Of a stretch of 64,000 bases of DNA, positions 12,682-21,189 are shown piece after piece. Source of the DNA: an uncultured Acidobacteriaceae bacterium. GTDB lineage: Bacteria > Acidobacteriota > Terriglobia > Terriglobales > Acidobacteriaceae. Numbering within the stretch: position 1 is the stretch's first letter; every line of letters begins with the position of its first letter. Under the pieces are notes generated by a model. That model did not search any database, was not told the origin of the DNA, and saw only the letters and a list, made by a program, of their open reading frames with translations. A program made the translations under genes and the position numbers. Location: contig CAWJZH010000044.1 in NCBI GenBank assembly GCA_963847155.1, forward strand, positions 377,305-441,304, given 5' to 3'.

Positions 12682-15039
12682 TTACTTCACCACAAGAATG
12701 TAGGCGGATTGACTCTCCACCGTGCCTGAGCTTGCCGTGACATTGAAGTGATAGGTGCCCGGTGCCGTTTGTGCAGGAGGGGCGGAGATACTACCGCCAC
12801 TGCTGCAGCCACTGACCCCCAACGTGGCGAAAGCGAACGCACAAATCAGCACCGCCCAAATACGGCCTCCTCTGCGCCGCGCGCGCCACAGCAGAAAGAT
12901 GCCGGCGAATGTCAGACCATAAGCGCCGAGACTCGGTCTCGGCTGGCTGGCCATCGAGCTCGCGGCGGTATTGATTGCAAGCAGCGTAGAGACAGCCGCC
13001 GTACCAGACACGGTGATGGTTGCCGGGCTGAAGCTGCAGCTCGCGCTCGCTGGTAGCCCCGAGCAGGCAAATGTGACTGCCCCTAAAAATCCAGCCGCGC
13101 CGGTTATGTTTATGGGTGCGCTGACTGTCTGACCCGCTTTGACTGTCAACGTCGTGTTTCCACTGCCGTCCGGCGCTGAAGTGAACGCAGGGTTGATCAC
13201 CTGGCTAAGTGAGCTGGACGAGGCTTGCGTGTTGGTATCCCCCGAATAGGAGACAGTGATGGCTTGCGTGCCTGCCGTGTTGAAGGACGTGGTGAAGTTC
13301 GCAGATCCGCCGCTCAGAGCGACCGTACCGAGAGTTGCGGATCCCGAAGCGAAGGTGACATTGCCGATGGGAGTGGGCCCTTCGCTGGTTACCTTCGCGG
13401 TCAGAGTGACGTTCTGTCCGGAAAAACTGGGATTCGCAGAAGATGTGGCCGAGGTAGCGGAAGTTGCCGGGTTCACAGTAACCGCAACTACGGCAGAGCT
13501 ATGCGCGGAATAGTTTGTGTCACCGGCGTATTGAGCAGTTACGTTGTGCGTTCCAACGGCCAGAGTTGCCAGAGACAACGAAGCAGAGCTGCTGGCTTGC
13601 GGAGTAAACACGGCCGCCGGAGGCGGTGTGGCTGAGGGCAAAAGGAAGACGAGAGACGGCACCGGATTTCTGGCGAGTTCTATTCCCGCAAGAGGATAAG
13701 AATAAGGTGCGCTGGTCAGGGGGAATAAGGGCGCTCCCAAAGTAAAGGTACCGTCGCCATTTCCCAGGGCGAGTCGTCCGCTGCCGAAGACGAGGTCAAG
13801 CTTTCCGTCCAAATTCACATCCTGGACGATGAAATTGGGATTGATTGGAATAATCAAATTAGGTGGGGTAGGCAAAGCAAAGTAGAGCGGATTTTCAAAC
13901 GTGCCATCCCCTTTCCCCAGCAAAGTGATCGCGTCCGAGTTGCCGTCATTGTCGCAGAGAGCCAGCATGAGATCCTGTTTGCCATCTCCGTTGAAGTCCC
14001 CGCTGCCCGTCTGGTAGGACGTGGACGTCGAATAATCGATATTGGGTGGATATGGCACAGTGAGCGGTACCGGGCTGGCAAACGTGCCGTCGCCATGGTT
14101 CAGCAGGACGCTTACTTGCGGAGCTCCCGCCAGGACGACGTTCCACTGCAAAACCACATCGAGTTTGCCGTCGTCATTAAGATCGACAAAAGTAGGCTGG
14201 TAAACAAAGATGTTTTCCATACCCCCTGAGGCGATCGGAAATGTTCCCGTAGAGGTAAACGATCCGCTCCCACTGTTGATGAAGACCGTGACGGAGAACT
14301 GAAGAGCGGGAAAGGAAGTCGTATTCACGGCCAGAATGTCGGTCTTGCCATCTCCATTCAGGTCGGCTGCATAGGTCGTCACGAACCCGCTGGACAAAAA
14401 CGATACCGCGACGGGAGTTGCGAAGGTGCCGTCGCCGTTTCCATAGGCGGCCTGAGTGCCATATAGCAGGTCCAACTTGCCATCGCTATTCAAATCAATG
14501 AACGCGGGAGCAGACGAAACCGAGGGGTAGGAGATGCCGGGGGCCACAATGTTGAACGTTTGCAGTGCGCCGGTACGGTAGCTGCTTTTGCCGTTACTGA
14601 CAAAAGCCTGCACAGACAGAATCTGCGCGGGGCGGGCATAGCTGTAAACAAGCAGGTCGGGTATGCCGTCTCCATTCAGATCCCCGGTGAGTGCTGGGCT
14701 GATAATGTTTGGGTTCATCAACGTTGTGTCGAGTGTCCCGAACTCCTCTTGAAAGGTCGCGCTGGCAAACGTGTCCGGCGTGACCGGCACCGGCGTCCTG
14801 TCCAACGGCAAGCTTCCATCCAGGAACGTAATCGTGCCGGTCGGTTTAGGAAAGGCGTGGCCCGGGTTGACCGAGACCTTGTTTGGCTGGACGGTTGCGC
14901 TGAGTCCTACCGATCCACCAACCGTGATGGTCGCCGGGTTCGCGGTCACGGCTGTCTTGCCGCCGTTTTGCGCGACAGCCAAGCTCGAAAACGAAATTAA
15001 CAAGGCAAGAAAATGAAGCCGACGGCGCATAAAAGTCAC
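12682..15039 (-). CDS. FG-GAP/VCBS repeat + Ig-like domain surface protein with C-terminal TM hairpin
   Basis: 785 aa. Signal peptide 'LALLISFSSLAVAQ'. Multiple 'DLNGDGxxD' FG-GAP/VCBS blades with 'GNGDGTF'. Ig-like repeats 'LAVGTHNVTAQYAGDTNYSAHSS' and 'TQAITVSYSGDTNTQASSS'. The last domain is interrupted by two hydrophobic helices. Confidence 0.85.
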   Translation of the reverse strand: MTFMRRRLHFLALLISFSSLAVAQNGGKTAVTANPATITVGGSVGLSATVQPNKVSVNPGHAFPKPTGTITFLDGSLPLDRTPVPVTPDTFASATFQEEFGTLDTTLMNPNIISPALTGDLNGDGIPDLLVYSYARPAQILSVQAFVSNGKSSYRTGALQTFNIVAPGISYPSVSSAPAFIDLNSDGKLDLLYGTQAAYGNGDGTFATPVAVSFLSSGFVTTYAADLNGDGKTDILAVNTTSFPALQFSVTVFINSGSGSFTSTGTFPIASGGMENIFVYQPTFVDLNDDGKLDVVLQWNVVLAGAPQVSVLLNHGDGTFASPVPLTVPYPPNIDYSTSTSYQTGSGDFNGDGKQDLMLALCDNDGNSDAITLLGKGDGTFENPLYFALPTPPNLIIPINPNFIVQDVNLDGKLDLVFGSGRLALGNGDGTFTLGAPLFPLTSAPYSYPLAGIELARNPVPSLVFLLPSATPPPAAVFTPQASSSASLSLATLAVGTHNVTAQYAGDTNYSAHSSAVVAVTVNPATSATSATSSANPSFSGQNVTLTAKVTSEGPTPIGNVTFASGSATLGTVALSGGSANFTTSFNTAGTQAITVSYSGDTNTQASSSSLSQVINPAFTSAPDGSGNTTLTVKAGQTVSAPINITGAAGFLGAVTFACSGLPASASCSFSPATITVSGTAAVSTLLAINTAASSMASQPRPSLGAYGLTFAGIFLLWRARRRGGRIWAVLICAFAFATLGVSGCSSGGSISAPPAQTAPGTYHFNVTASSGTVESQSAYILVVK

Positions 15040-15348
15040 CCCTCCAAGTCAGTTCGTGCCTGGGCATAGTTCTGGGTCGCTGGGGGAGGGCTTGACGAAG
15101 TATATAAGGGGGCCCGTCCTCTTAGGCTGTTCAAAGTCAACTCTCGTGATTACGCCCGTTTCCAGAGCGAAGCAGGTTCTTCCCGGCTGTTCTCCAGGGA
15201 AAACGGTTTGCACATCTATCGGGAGGCCCTAAACTAAGGTAGTTGGATGAGTTCGTCCCCAGTCGACAGGGCTGTGTCGCGGTAAAGGAGTTAAGCTTAG
15301 GCGGGAGACACGGGCCGCGTGCGGAGCGGTCTTCTGCTTTTACAAATT

Positions 15349-18111
15349 ATGGGTAAGCGTTCAGGTCTTTTCTTCGCGATTCTGCTGATCGCGGGCGTAG
15401 TGCAGGTAAAACTGCCAATTGCTGCTGCTCAGTCCTCTGGTTCTGATACGTTCGACTGCCCATCAGGCATTATCTCTTCGGTCGATGGGAGTTGTGTGAG
15501 TGAGGAGACTCCGACCCTGGGCCTGGGCCAGTTGGGTACCGGTCAAGGTTCGTCTGCGGCCGGCGCCTACGGCGCTGCCGCCGGTGCTGGCGCCGGGCTG
15601 TCCGGGCAATATCCGGGGCTGCAGTCCTCGGGAATCAACAGCAGGGTTCAAAGCATTGTCGACCAGGGTGGCCTGAACAATGGGCAATCTCAGCTGGCGG
15701 CGCTCGAGGAGTCCCGGCTTCTGGCGATCCGAGCGCCTTCTGCTCCTACAGATTTCCAGTTATTGGTGCGTGGTTCGCTGGGCACGTTGCTTCCGGTCTA
15801 TGGTGACAGTTTGTTTCGCCAGGTCCCTTCGACTTTCGCTCCGCTTCGGGAAGTGAATGTTACTCCGGGCTACGTCCTTGGGCCCGGTGATCAGTTGGTG
15901 ATTCGCATCTGGGGGCAAGTCAATTTTAATGCCCAACTTACCGTAGATCGTGGCGGCTCGGTTTATCTTCCCCAGGTCGGCGAGATCCACGTCGCCGGAT
16001 TGCCATACGAGCAAGTTAAGCAACACATTCATGACGCCGTCGCGCACATTTATAAGAGCTTCGAATTGAGTGTCGAAATGGGGCAGCTCCGTTCCATCCA
16101 GATATTTGTTGTCGGTCAGGCACGTCGCCCCGGCACTTACACCCTGAGCTCACTCAGTACCCTGGTCACGGCGTTGTTCGCTACCGGTGGGCCCTCCGTC
16201 CAAGGCTCGCTCCGCGACATCCAGCTCCGGCGTAATGGGCAAACCATCAGTCACTTCGACCTGTACGATCTGCTGATACTCGGGGATATGTCTAAGGATG
16301 CCCAACTGCTCTCAGGCGATGTGATCTTTATCCCGCCTGTTGGGCCGCAAGTGGCCGTCTTTGGCGACGTCCATATCCCCGCTATCTATGAGCTGAAGGG
16401 CACCACCACGGTTGAGGAGACACTTCGCTTTGCCGGGGGCCTTTCGGCTACCGCCTCAGTGCTCCGGGCATCGCTCGAGCGCCTGGATGGGGAGAAGAAC
16501 CGCACCGTATTGGATATTTCCCTTCAGGGGACCGGCCTCGCGACACCAGTGCAACAGGCCGACATTCTTCGCGTGCTCCCCATCTCTCCGCAGTTTCAGA
16601 ACATCGTTACTCTGCGAGGCAATGTTGCGGAAACCGGGCGATTTTCCTGGCATTCGGGCATGAAGTTGAGCGACATCATCCCGGATAGTCAATCCCTGAT
16701 TACCCGGGATTATTGGGAGCGCAGAAATCAACTCGGTGTTCCCGGTCCGGAATTTAAGCCGGAATACGCCAACAACCCGGACTATTACAACCGCGATCTC
16801 AATGGCTATCAGACGGGCTCTGCGCAATACGATGTCAACGGGGTTCCTATCTACAACGGACAGTCCGCAACCAGTGTGAGCCAGGGTCAGCAAACCAATG
16901 GTTCCCGGACGAACGGCACGAACCCTGCGGCCCAGACCCCGGCTGCGAATCCGGCTCAGGGACAGAATAACGATCAAAACTGTATCCCAGACGCCAGCGG
17001 CATCTCTCAGCAAAATCAGTATGGCCAGACTCCCGGGTCGAGTATCCAGGGGACGAACTCACAGAACGGGCAACCCTGTACGAGTACAGGCAGCAGATCA
17101 CTGGCCGATGAGACGCAGGCGTCAGCAGGAAACCTGCCCCGGCCGGCACTGAGCGTGGCCCTTCCGGTGCCGGAAATCGATTGGTCCTACGCGGTCATTG
17201 AGCGGATGAATCCGCAAACGCTCACAACCTCGTTAGTGCCCTTCAACCCCGGAAAGCTGGTCCTCGATCATGACTCTTCGCAAAATCTAGCGCTCGAGCC
17301 TGGCGATGTGGTCACCATCTTCTCCCAGGCCGATATCAAGGTTCCGCAGGCTCAGCGCACCAAGTTCGTCCGTCTCGAAGGCGAATTCAAGCAGGCGGGC
17401 ATCTACAGTGTCCTCCCGGGCGAGACTCTGCCCCAGCTCGTAGCCCGCGCCGGAGGTTTCACTCCGGATGCCTACCTGTTCGGATCGAACTTTACCCGCG
17501 AATCGACCCGCATTCTGCAACAATTGCGGCTAAACGACTACCTGCAGAACCTGGAGCTGGAGATCGACCGTTCTACCATTGCCGCCGCCGCCAGTGTTGG
17601 CAACGTAGACCCGTCGGCGACTGCCGCCTCACGGAGTTTAGTAGCCAGGTTCCGTACCATTCGCGCCACTGGCCGGGTGGTGCTGAATGTTCCGCAAAAT
17701 GCAACCGACATCGCTGACCTTCCCAACATACAACTGGAAGACGGCGATCGCTTCGTGGTCCCCTCCAAGCCCAGCACGGTCAATGTGGTAGGTGCCGTTT
17801 ACGACCAGAATTCCTTCCTGTTCAGGAATAGTCGAGAGGTCCGCAGCTACCTGCGGTTGGCCGGAGGGCCGACCAAGAGTGCCGATGGTGGCGATTCCTT
17901 CATTATTCGGGCCGATGGTTCCGTAGTAAGCCGTCATTCGCGCAATGGCGTTTTCGGCAATACTTTCGCCACCATGCGCTTGAACGCGGGCGATACGGTG
18001 GTGATACCGGAGAAAGTTCCCAGACCTTCAGGGCTGAGGAACTTTATCAGCTACACCCAGATTTTCTCCTCGCTAGCCTTGGGTGCGGCGGCGATTGCCG
18101 TGCTGCAGTAA
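15349..18111 (+). CDS. outer-membrane polysaccharide export protein (Wza/KpsD family, Poly_export + multiple SLBB domains)
   Basis: ATG at 15349 gives the signal peptide 'MGKRSGLFFAILLIAGVVQV'. 'YVLGPGDQLVIRIWGQ...LTVDRGGSVYLPQVGEIHVAGL' is the Poly_export motif. Repeated 'GDVIFIP/GDVVTIF/GDRFVVP' SLBB units. Hydrophobic C-terminal helix. Confidence 0.85.
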   Translation: MGKRSGLFFAILLIAGVVQVKLPIAAAQSSGSDTFDCPSGIISSVDGSCVSEETPTLGLGQLGTGQGSSAAGAYGAAAGAGAGLSGQYPGLQSSGINSRVQSIVDQGGLNNGQSQLAALEESRLLAIRAPSAPTDFQLLVRGSLGTLLPVYGDSLFRQVPSTFAPLREVNVTPGYVLGPGDQLVIRIWGQVNFNAQLTVDRGGSVYLPQVGEIHVAGLPYEQVKQHIHDAVAHIYKSFELSVEMGQLRSIQIFVVGQARRPGTYTLSSLSTLVTALFATGGPSVQGSLRDIQLRRNGQTISHFDLYDLLILGDMSKDAQLLSGDVIFIPPVGPQVAVFGDVHIPAIYELKGTTTVEETLRFAGGLSATASVLRASLERLDGEKNRTVLDISLQGTGLATPVQQADILRVLPISPQFQNIVTLRGNVAETGRFSWHSGMKLSDIIPDSQSLITRDYWERRNQLGVPGPEFKPEYANNPDYYNRDLNGYQTGSAQYDVNGVPIYNGQSATSVSQGQQTNGSRTNGTNPAAQTPAANPAQGQNNDQNCIPDASGISQQNQYGQTPGSSIQGTNSQNGQPCTSTGSRSLADETQASAGNLPRPALSVALPVPEIDWSYAVIERMNPQTLTTSLVPFNPGKLVLDHDSSQNLALEPGDVVTIFSQADIKVPQAQRTKFVRLEGEFKQAGIYSVLPGETLPQLVARAGGFTPDAYLFGSNFTRESTRILQQLRLNDYLQNLELEIDRSTIAAAASVGNVDPSATAASRSLVARFRTIRATGRVVLNVPQNATDIADLPNIQLEDGDRFVVPSKPSTVNVVGAVYDQNSFLFRNSREVRSYLRLAGGPTKSADGGDSFIIRADGSVVSRHSRNGVFGNTFATMRLNAGDTVVIPEKVPRPSGLRNFISYTQIFSSLALGAAAIAVLQ

Positions 18112-18149
18112 AATGAAGGGATTATCGTGAGCACCGGGTACCGTAGCCC

Positions 18150-19379
18150 ATGGCCATAATGCCGCCGACCAGAGAATACAGTCCGTCCCTCGAGGACACC
18201 AAGAGCGGGATCGAATTCGATCTTCTGGATTTGCTGCTGGTCATGGCGAAACGGAAGAAAGAGATCATCCTCGCCACGCTCATTGGCGCGCTCATCACCA
18301 CTGGGCTGGTGTTTCTGGTGCATCCTACCTGGACCGCAAAAGCTGTGGTCCTGCCGCCACAGCAGGGGCAGTCGAGCGCCGGGCTTTTGACCCAGTTAGG
18401 CAATTTGGCATCCCTGACGGGGCTGGGCAGTTCTGGCGCGAAGGACCCCAACGACTTATACATGGCGGTTCTCCAGAGCAATACGGTGGCCGATGGGCTC
18501 ATCAAGCGTCTGAATCTCATGGCTGCCTACAAAACAAAAAAGTTAAGCTTGGCGCGGCGTACGCTCGCGGGTAATTCCAAGTTCTCCAGCGAAAAGGGCG
18601 GCATGATCAGCATTACCGTCAAAGACGAGGATCCACATCGAGCTGCCCAAATCGCCAACGCCTACGTAGACGAACTGCATGACATCAATAGCCGTTTGAT
18701 CATCGGTGAAGCGGGTGTGAGACGGAATTTCTTTGGCCAGCAATTGGCGCTTGAGAAGGACCGGCTAACCGACGCGGAGATTGCGCTCCAGCAAGCGGAA
18801 GAATCGACTGGTGCGATCTCACCCGCAGGCCAGACGGGCGTGGTGATTTCACAGGTGGCGGCACTACAGGCCCAGATCATCTCTCGTGAAGTGCAGCTTG
18901 ACGCGCTGCGTACGTCATCTACGGATCAGAATCCCGATGTGATTCGTTTGAACAACGAGATAGCAGGGCTGCGGACCCAGATGCTTACATTGGAGAGCGT
19001 TCAAAAAGGGCGTAAGCCGGGGGACATCTCCCTGACCAGCAGATCACTCCCTGCGTATCAAGTCCTCTTCATCCGGAAGCAGAGGGATGTGCAGTACCAC
19101 ACGCTGATCTTCGATCTGATTGCGCGCCAGTTTGAGGCGGCAAGATTGGACGAGGCAAAAGCGTCTCCGTTGATCCAGGTGCTGGATCCAGCTGAGCCTC
19201 CGGAAAGAAAGTCAGGACCGTACCGGGCTCTGTGGGTGTTAGTGGGTTTGGTCCTGGGTTTCATTTTCGGGTGCGTCCGGGTGATCGGGTCCTACGTTCA
19301 CAGCCGCGTAGTCGCCGATCCCGGCAACGCCGCAAGGCTGGCGCAATTTCGACGGGCTGTCAGCTTTCGTTCCAGTTAG
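18150..19379 (+). CDS. polysaccharide co-polymerase / chain-length determinant (Wzz/GumC-like), no tyrosine-kinase domain
   Basis: 409 aa. N-terminal Wzz motif with TM ('IEFDLLDLLLVMAKRKKEIILATLIGALITTGLVFLV'), long coiled-coil middle, second TM ('ALWVLVGLVLGFIFG'). No Walker A/B or Y-cluster. Confidence 0.8.
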   Translation: MAIMPPTREYSPSLEDTKSGIEFDLLDLLLVMAKRKKEIILATLIGALITTGLVFLVHPTWTAKAVVLPPQQGQSSAGLLTQLGNLASLTGLGSSGAKDPNDLYMAVLQSNTVADGLIKRLNLMAAYKTKKLSLARRTLAGNSKFSSEKGGMISITVKDEDPHRAAQIANAYVDELHDINSRLIIGEAGVRRNFFGQQLALEKDRLTDAEIALQQAEESTGAISPAGQTGVVISQVAALQAQIISREVQLDALRTSSTDQNPDVIRLNNEIAGLRTQMLTLESVQKGRKPGDISLTSRSLPAYQVLFIRKQRDVQYHTLIFDLIARQFEAARLDEAKASPLIQVLDPAEPPERKSGPYRALWVLVGLVLGFIFGCVRVIGSYVHSRVVADPGNAARLAQFRRAVSFRSS

Positions 19380-19439
19380 CAGGCCACCTCACCATCATTC
19401 CGTCCTCGATTGCTGCAATCCGCGGCATGAACAGTTCCG

Positions 19440-20269
19440 ATGGCTGCGGTTAAGGGATTCTCTCTATCCACTATGAAGCGTACCCTCAAAATGTTGCGGC
19501 CTCAACTAAAGCAGGTTGCTGAGAGCCTGTTCCCCAAGACGATGTATGCGAGGCGTTTCCATTCCTGGATAAAGGTGGAACCGGAATTGCCCCTTTTGCC
19601 CGCACTCTGCCGGAAAGACGCGGCCGCCCTGGACATTGGAGCGAATGAGGGCTTTTTTGCGCACCATCTTCTGCCTCTTGCCAAGCGCGTTATCGCCTTC
19701 GAACCACTTCCCCAGATGCTCGCGTGTCTTCGGGAAAATTATGCCGGCAAGATCGAAATTCATGGTGTGATCATTTCTGACCACGAGGGCCAGGGGCAGC
19801 TACGATATCCGCGGGCGGTTACATGTCGGCGACGATCGCTGCATCGAACTCAGCTGCACTAGAAAGTGGGCGGGTCGTCGAAACCGTGGTCGCGCAAATG
19901 AAGACCTTAGACAGCTTTAACCTGACAAATGTTGGTTTTGTGAAGATCGACGTGGAAGGCCATGAGGAAGCCGTCCTGCACGGTGGCCTGGAAACACTGG
20001 AGCGCGAGAAACCAAACCTGATGATCGAAATTGAGGAGCGACATGCTCCGGGTTCACTCGAGCGAGTAACTATGCTTCTCCATGATCTCGGCTATTCGGG
20101 ATTTTACCTGGACGGAAGGCAGATCCAGCCGATTGCGCAGTTCGACCTCGATCGCGACCAGGTAAGGCAAGGCGGTAAGACCGGAAAATACATCAACAAT
20201 TTTCTTTTTTTCCCTAGTGACCGGGCGACCGGCATTCTTGAGAGTGCGCGCCAATATCTGGAGCGATAG
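19440..20269 (+). CDS. FkbM family methyltransferase, one frameshift near 19815
   Basis: ORFs 19440..19862 and 19823..20269 join. 'ALDIGANEGFF' (SAM site) and 'FVKIDVEGHEEAVLHG' are FkbM hallmarks. The frame change lies in 'ccgcgggcgg'. Confidence 0.8.
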
Positions 20270-20334
20270 GAGTTCAAGCCCATCCGGGCTGGAGAGGAGT
20301 TTTATTCAGAAATTGCGAAAACAAGCCCGGAAGG

Positions 20335-21189
20335 GTGATTATGCGCTTGTGGAGGATCTTGGTTACGTTGCTGAGTCTTCCTATCATCCTGCACGATTAT
20401 TTCCGCTCGGAAACGGGAGCTGAGTTTGGCGTAAGTCTTTCCAAAAAGATCTGGCTGATGGTGAGGATGGCGCGCAATAACCGCAGGATCCCCACCGCTT
20501 CCCATTTCCTTGAACATCTAATGATCGCCACACAAATTCTTCGCGTGCCTGCTTCCGTCGAAGGTTGCGTGGTGGAATGCGGATCTTTCAAGGGCGGCAG
20601 TGCAGCCAACTTGTCCCTGATCTGCGACTTGTGCCATCGCAAGCTGGAAATCTTCGATTCGTTTGCCGGTCTTCCTGAACCTGTCAGCGGCGATAAAGAA
20701 CATGTTCTTGTCGATCTGCAGGAGATCCACAGCTACACCCAGGGTGCATTCCGCGGCGCCCTTGAGGAAGTGCAGGGAAACATATCAAGGTATGGCAAGA
20801 TTTCGGCTTGTCATTTCAATGTCGGCTATTTCGATCAAACGCTACCGCATTTTTCCCAAGCCTGCGTGCTGGTTTTTTTAGATGTTGATCTGCTCGACTC
20901 TCTCGAGACCTGCTTCACTTATCTTTGGCCCTTGCTGCAGAACGGATGTTATCTGTTTACGCATGAAGCCCATCACATGGAGATTGCGGGATTCTTTTTT
21001 CAGGAAGAATGGTGGAGATCAAGAATGAACAGTGGGGCTCCCGGGCTCATTGGTGCAGGAACTGGACTTGGGCTTCTACCCGGTGCTGGAGGCTTTCGGA
21101 GCGCGCTGGGGTATACGGTCAAAAACCCAAATACTCAGGACTTCGATTTAAATCGCCAATACGAGGAACGTTCTTCAACGGCGGTGTAA
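20335..21189 (+). CDS. TylF/MycF-like (macrocin O-methyltransferase family) class I SAM methyltransferase
   Basis: 284 aa. 'VVECGSFKGGSAANLS', 'IFDSFAGLPEP', 'VGYFDQTLP', 'VFLDVDLLDSLETCFTYLWPLLQNGCYLF' match the TylF family layout. Confidence 0.75.
   Translation: MIMRLWRILVTLLSLPIILHDYFRSETGAEFGVSLSKKIWLMVRMARNNRRIPTASHFLEHLMIATQILRVPASVEGCVVECGSFKGGSAANLSLICDLCHRKLEIFDSFAGLPEPVSGDKEHVLVDLQEIHSYTQGAFRGALEEVQGNISRYGKISACHFNVGYFDQTLPHFSQACVLVFLDVDLLDSLETCFTYLWPLLQNGCYLFTHEAHHMEIAGFFFQEEWWRSRMNSGAPGLIGAGTGLGLLPGAGGFRSALGYTVKNPNTQDFDLNRQYEERSSTAV

Noticed and set aside
12880-12960. Reading the 'PRPSLGAYGLTFAGIFLLWRARRR' segment as a bona fide PEP-CTERM sorting signal
   Set aside because: It is not at the C-terminus (70 more residues follow in frame), it lacks the canonical PEP tripeptide, and no exosortase gene is in the window. 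It is kept only as a resemblance within the split-Ig finding.
15095-15125. Sigma-70 promoter from 'cTTGACGaagTATATAAggg' in the divergent region
   Set aside because: The TTGACG and TATATAA boxes are only ~4 nt apart, so no acceptable -35/-10 spacing could be drawn.
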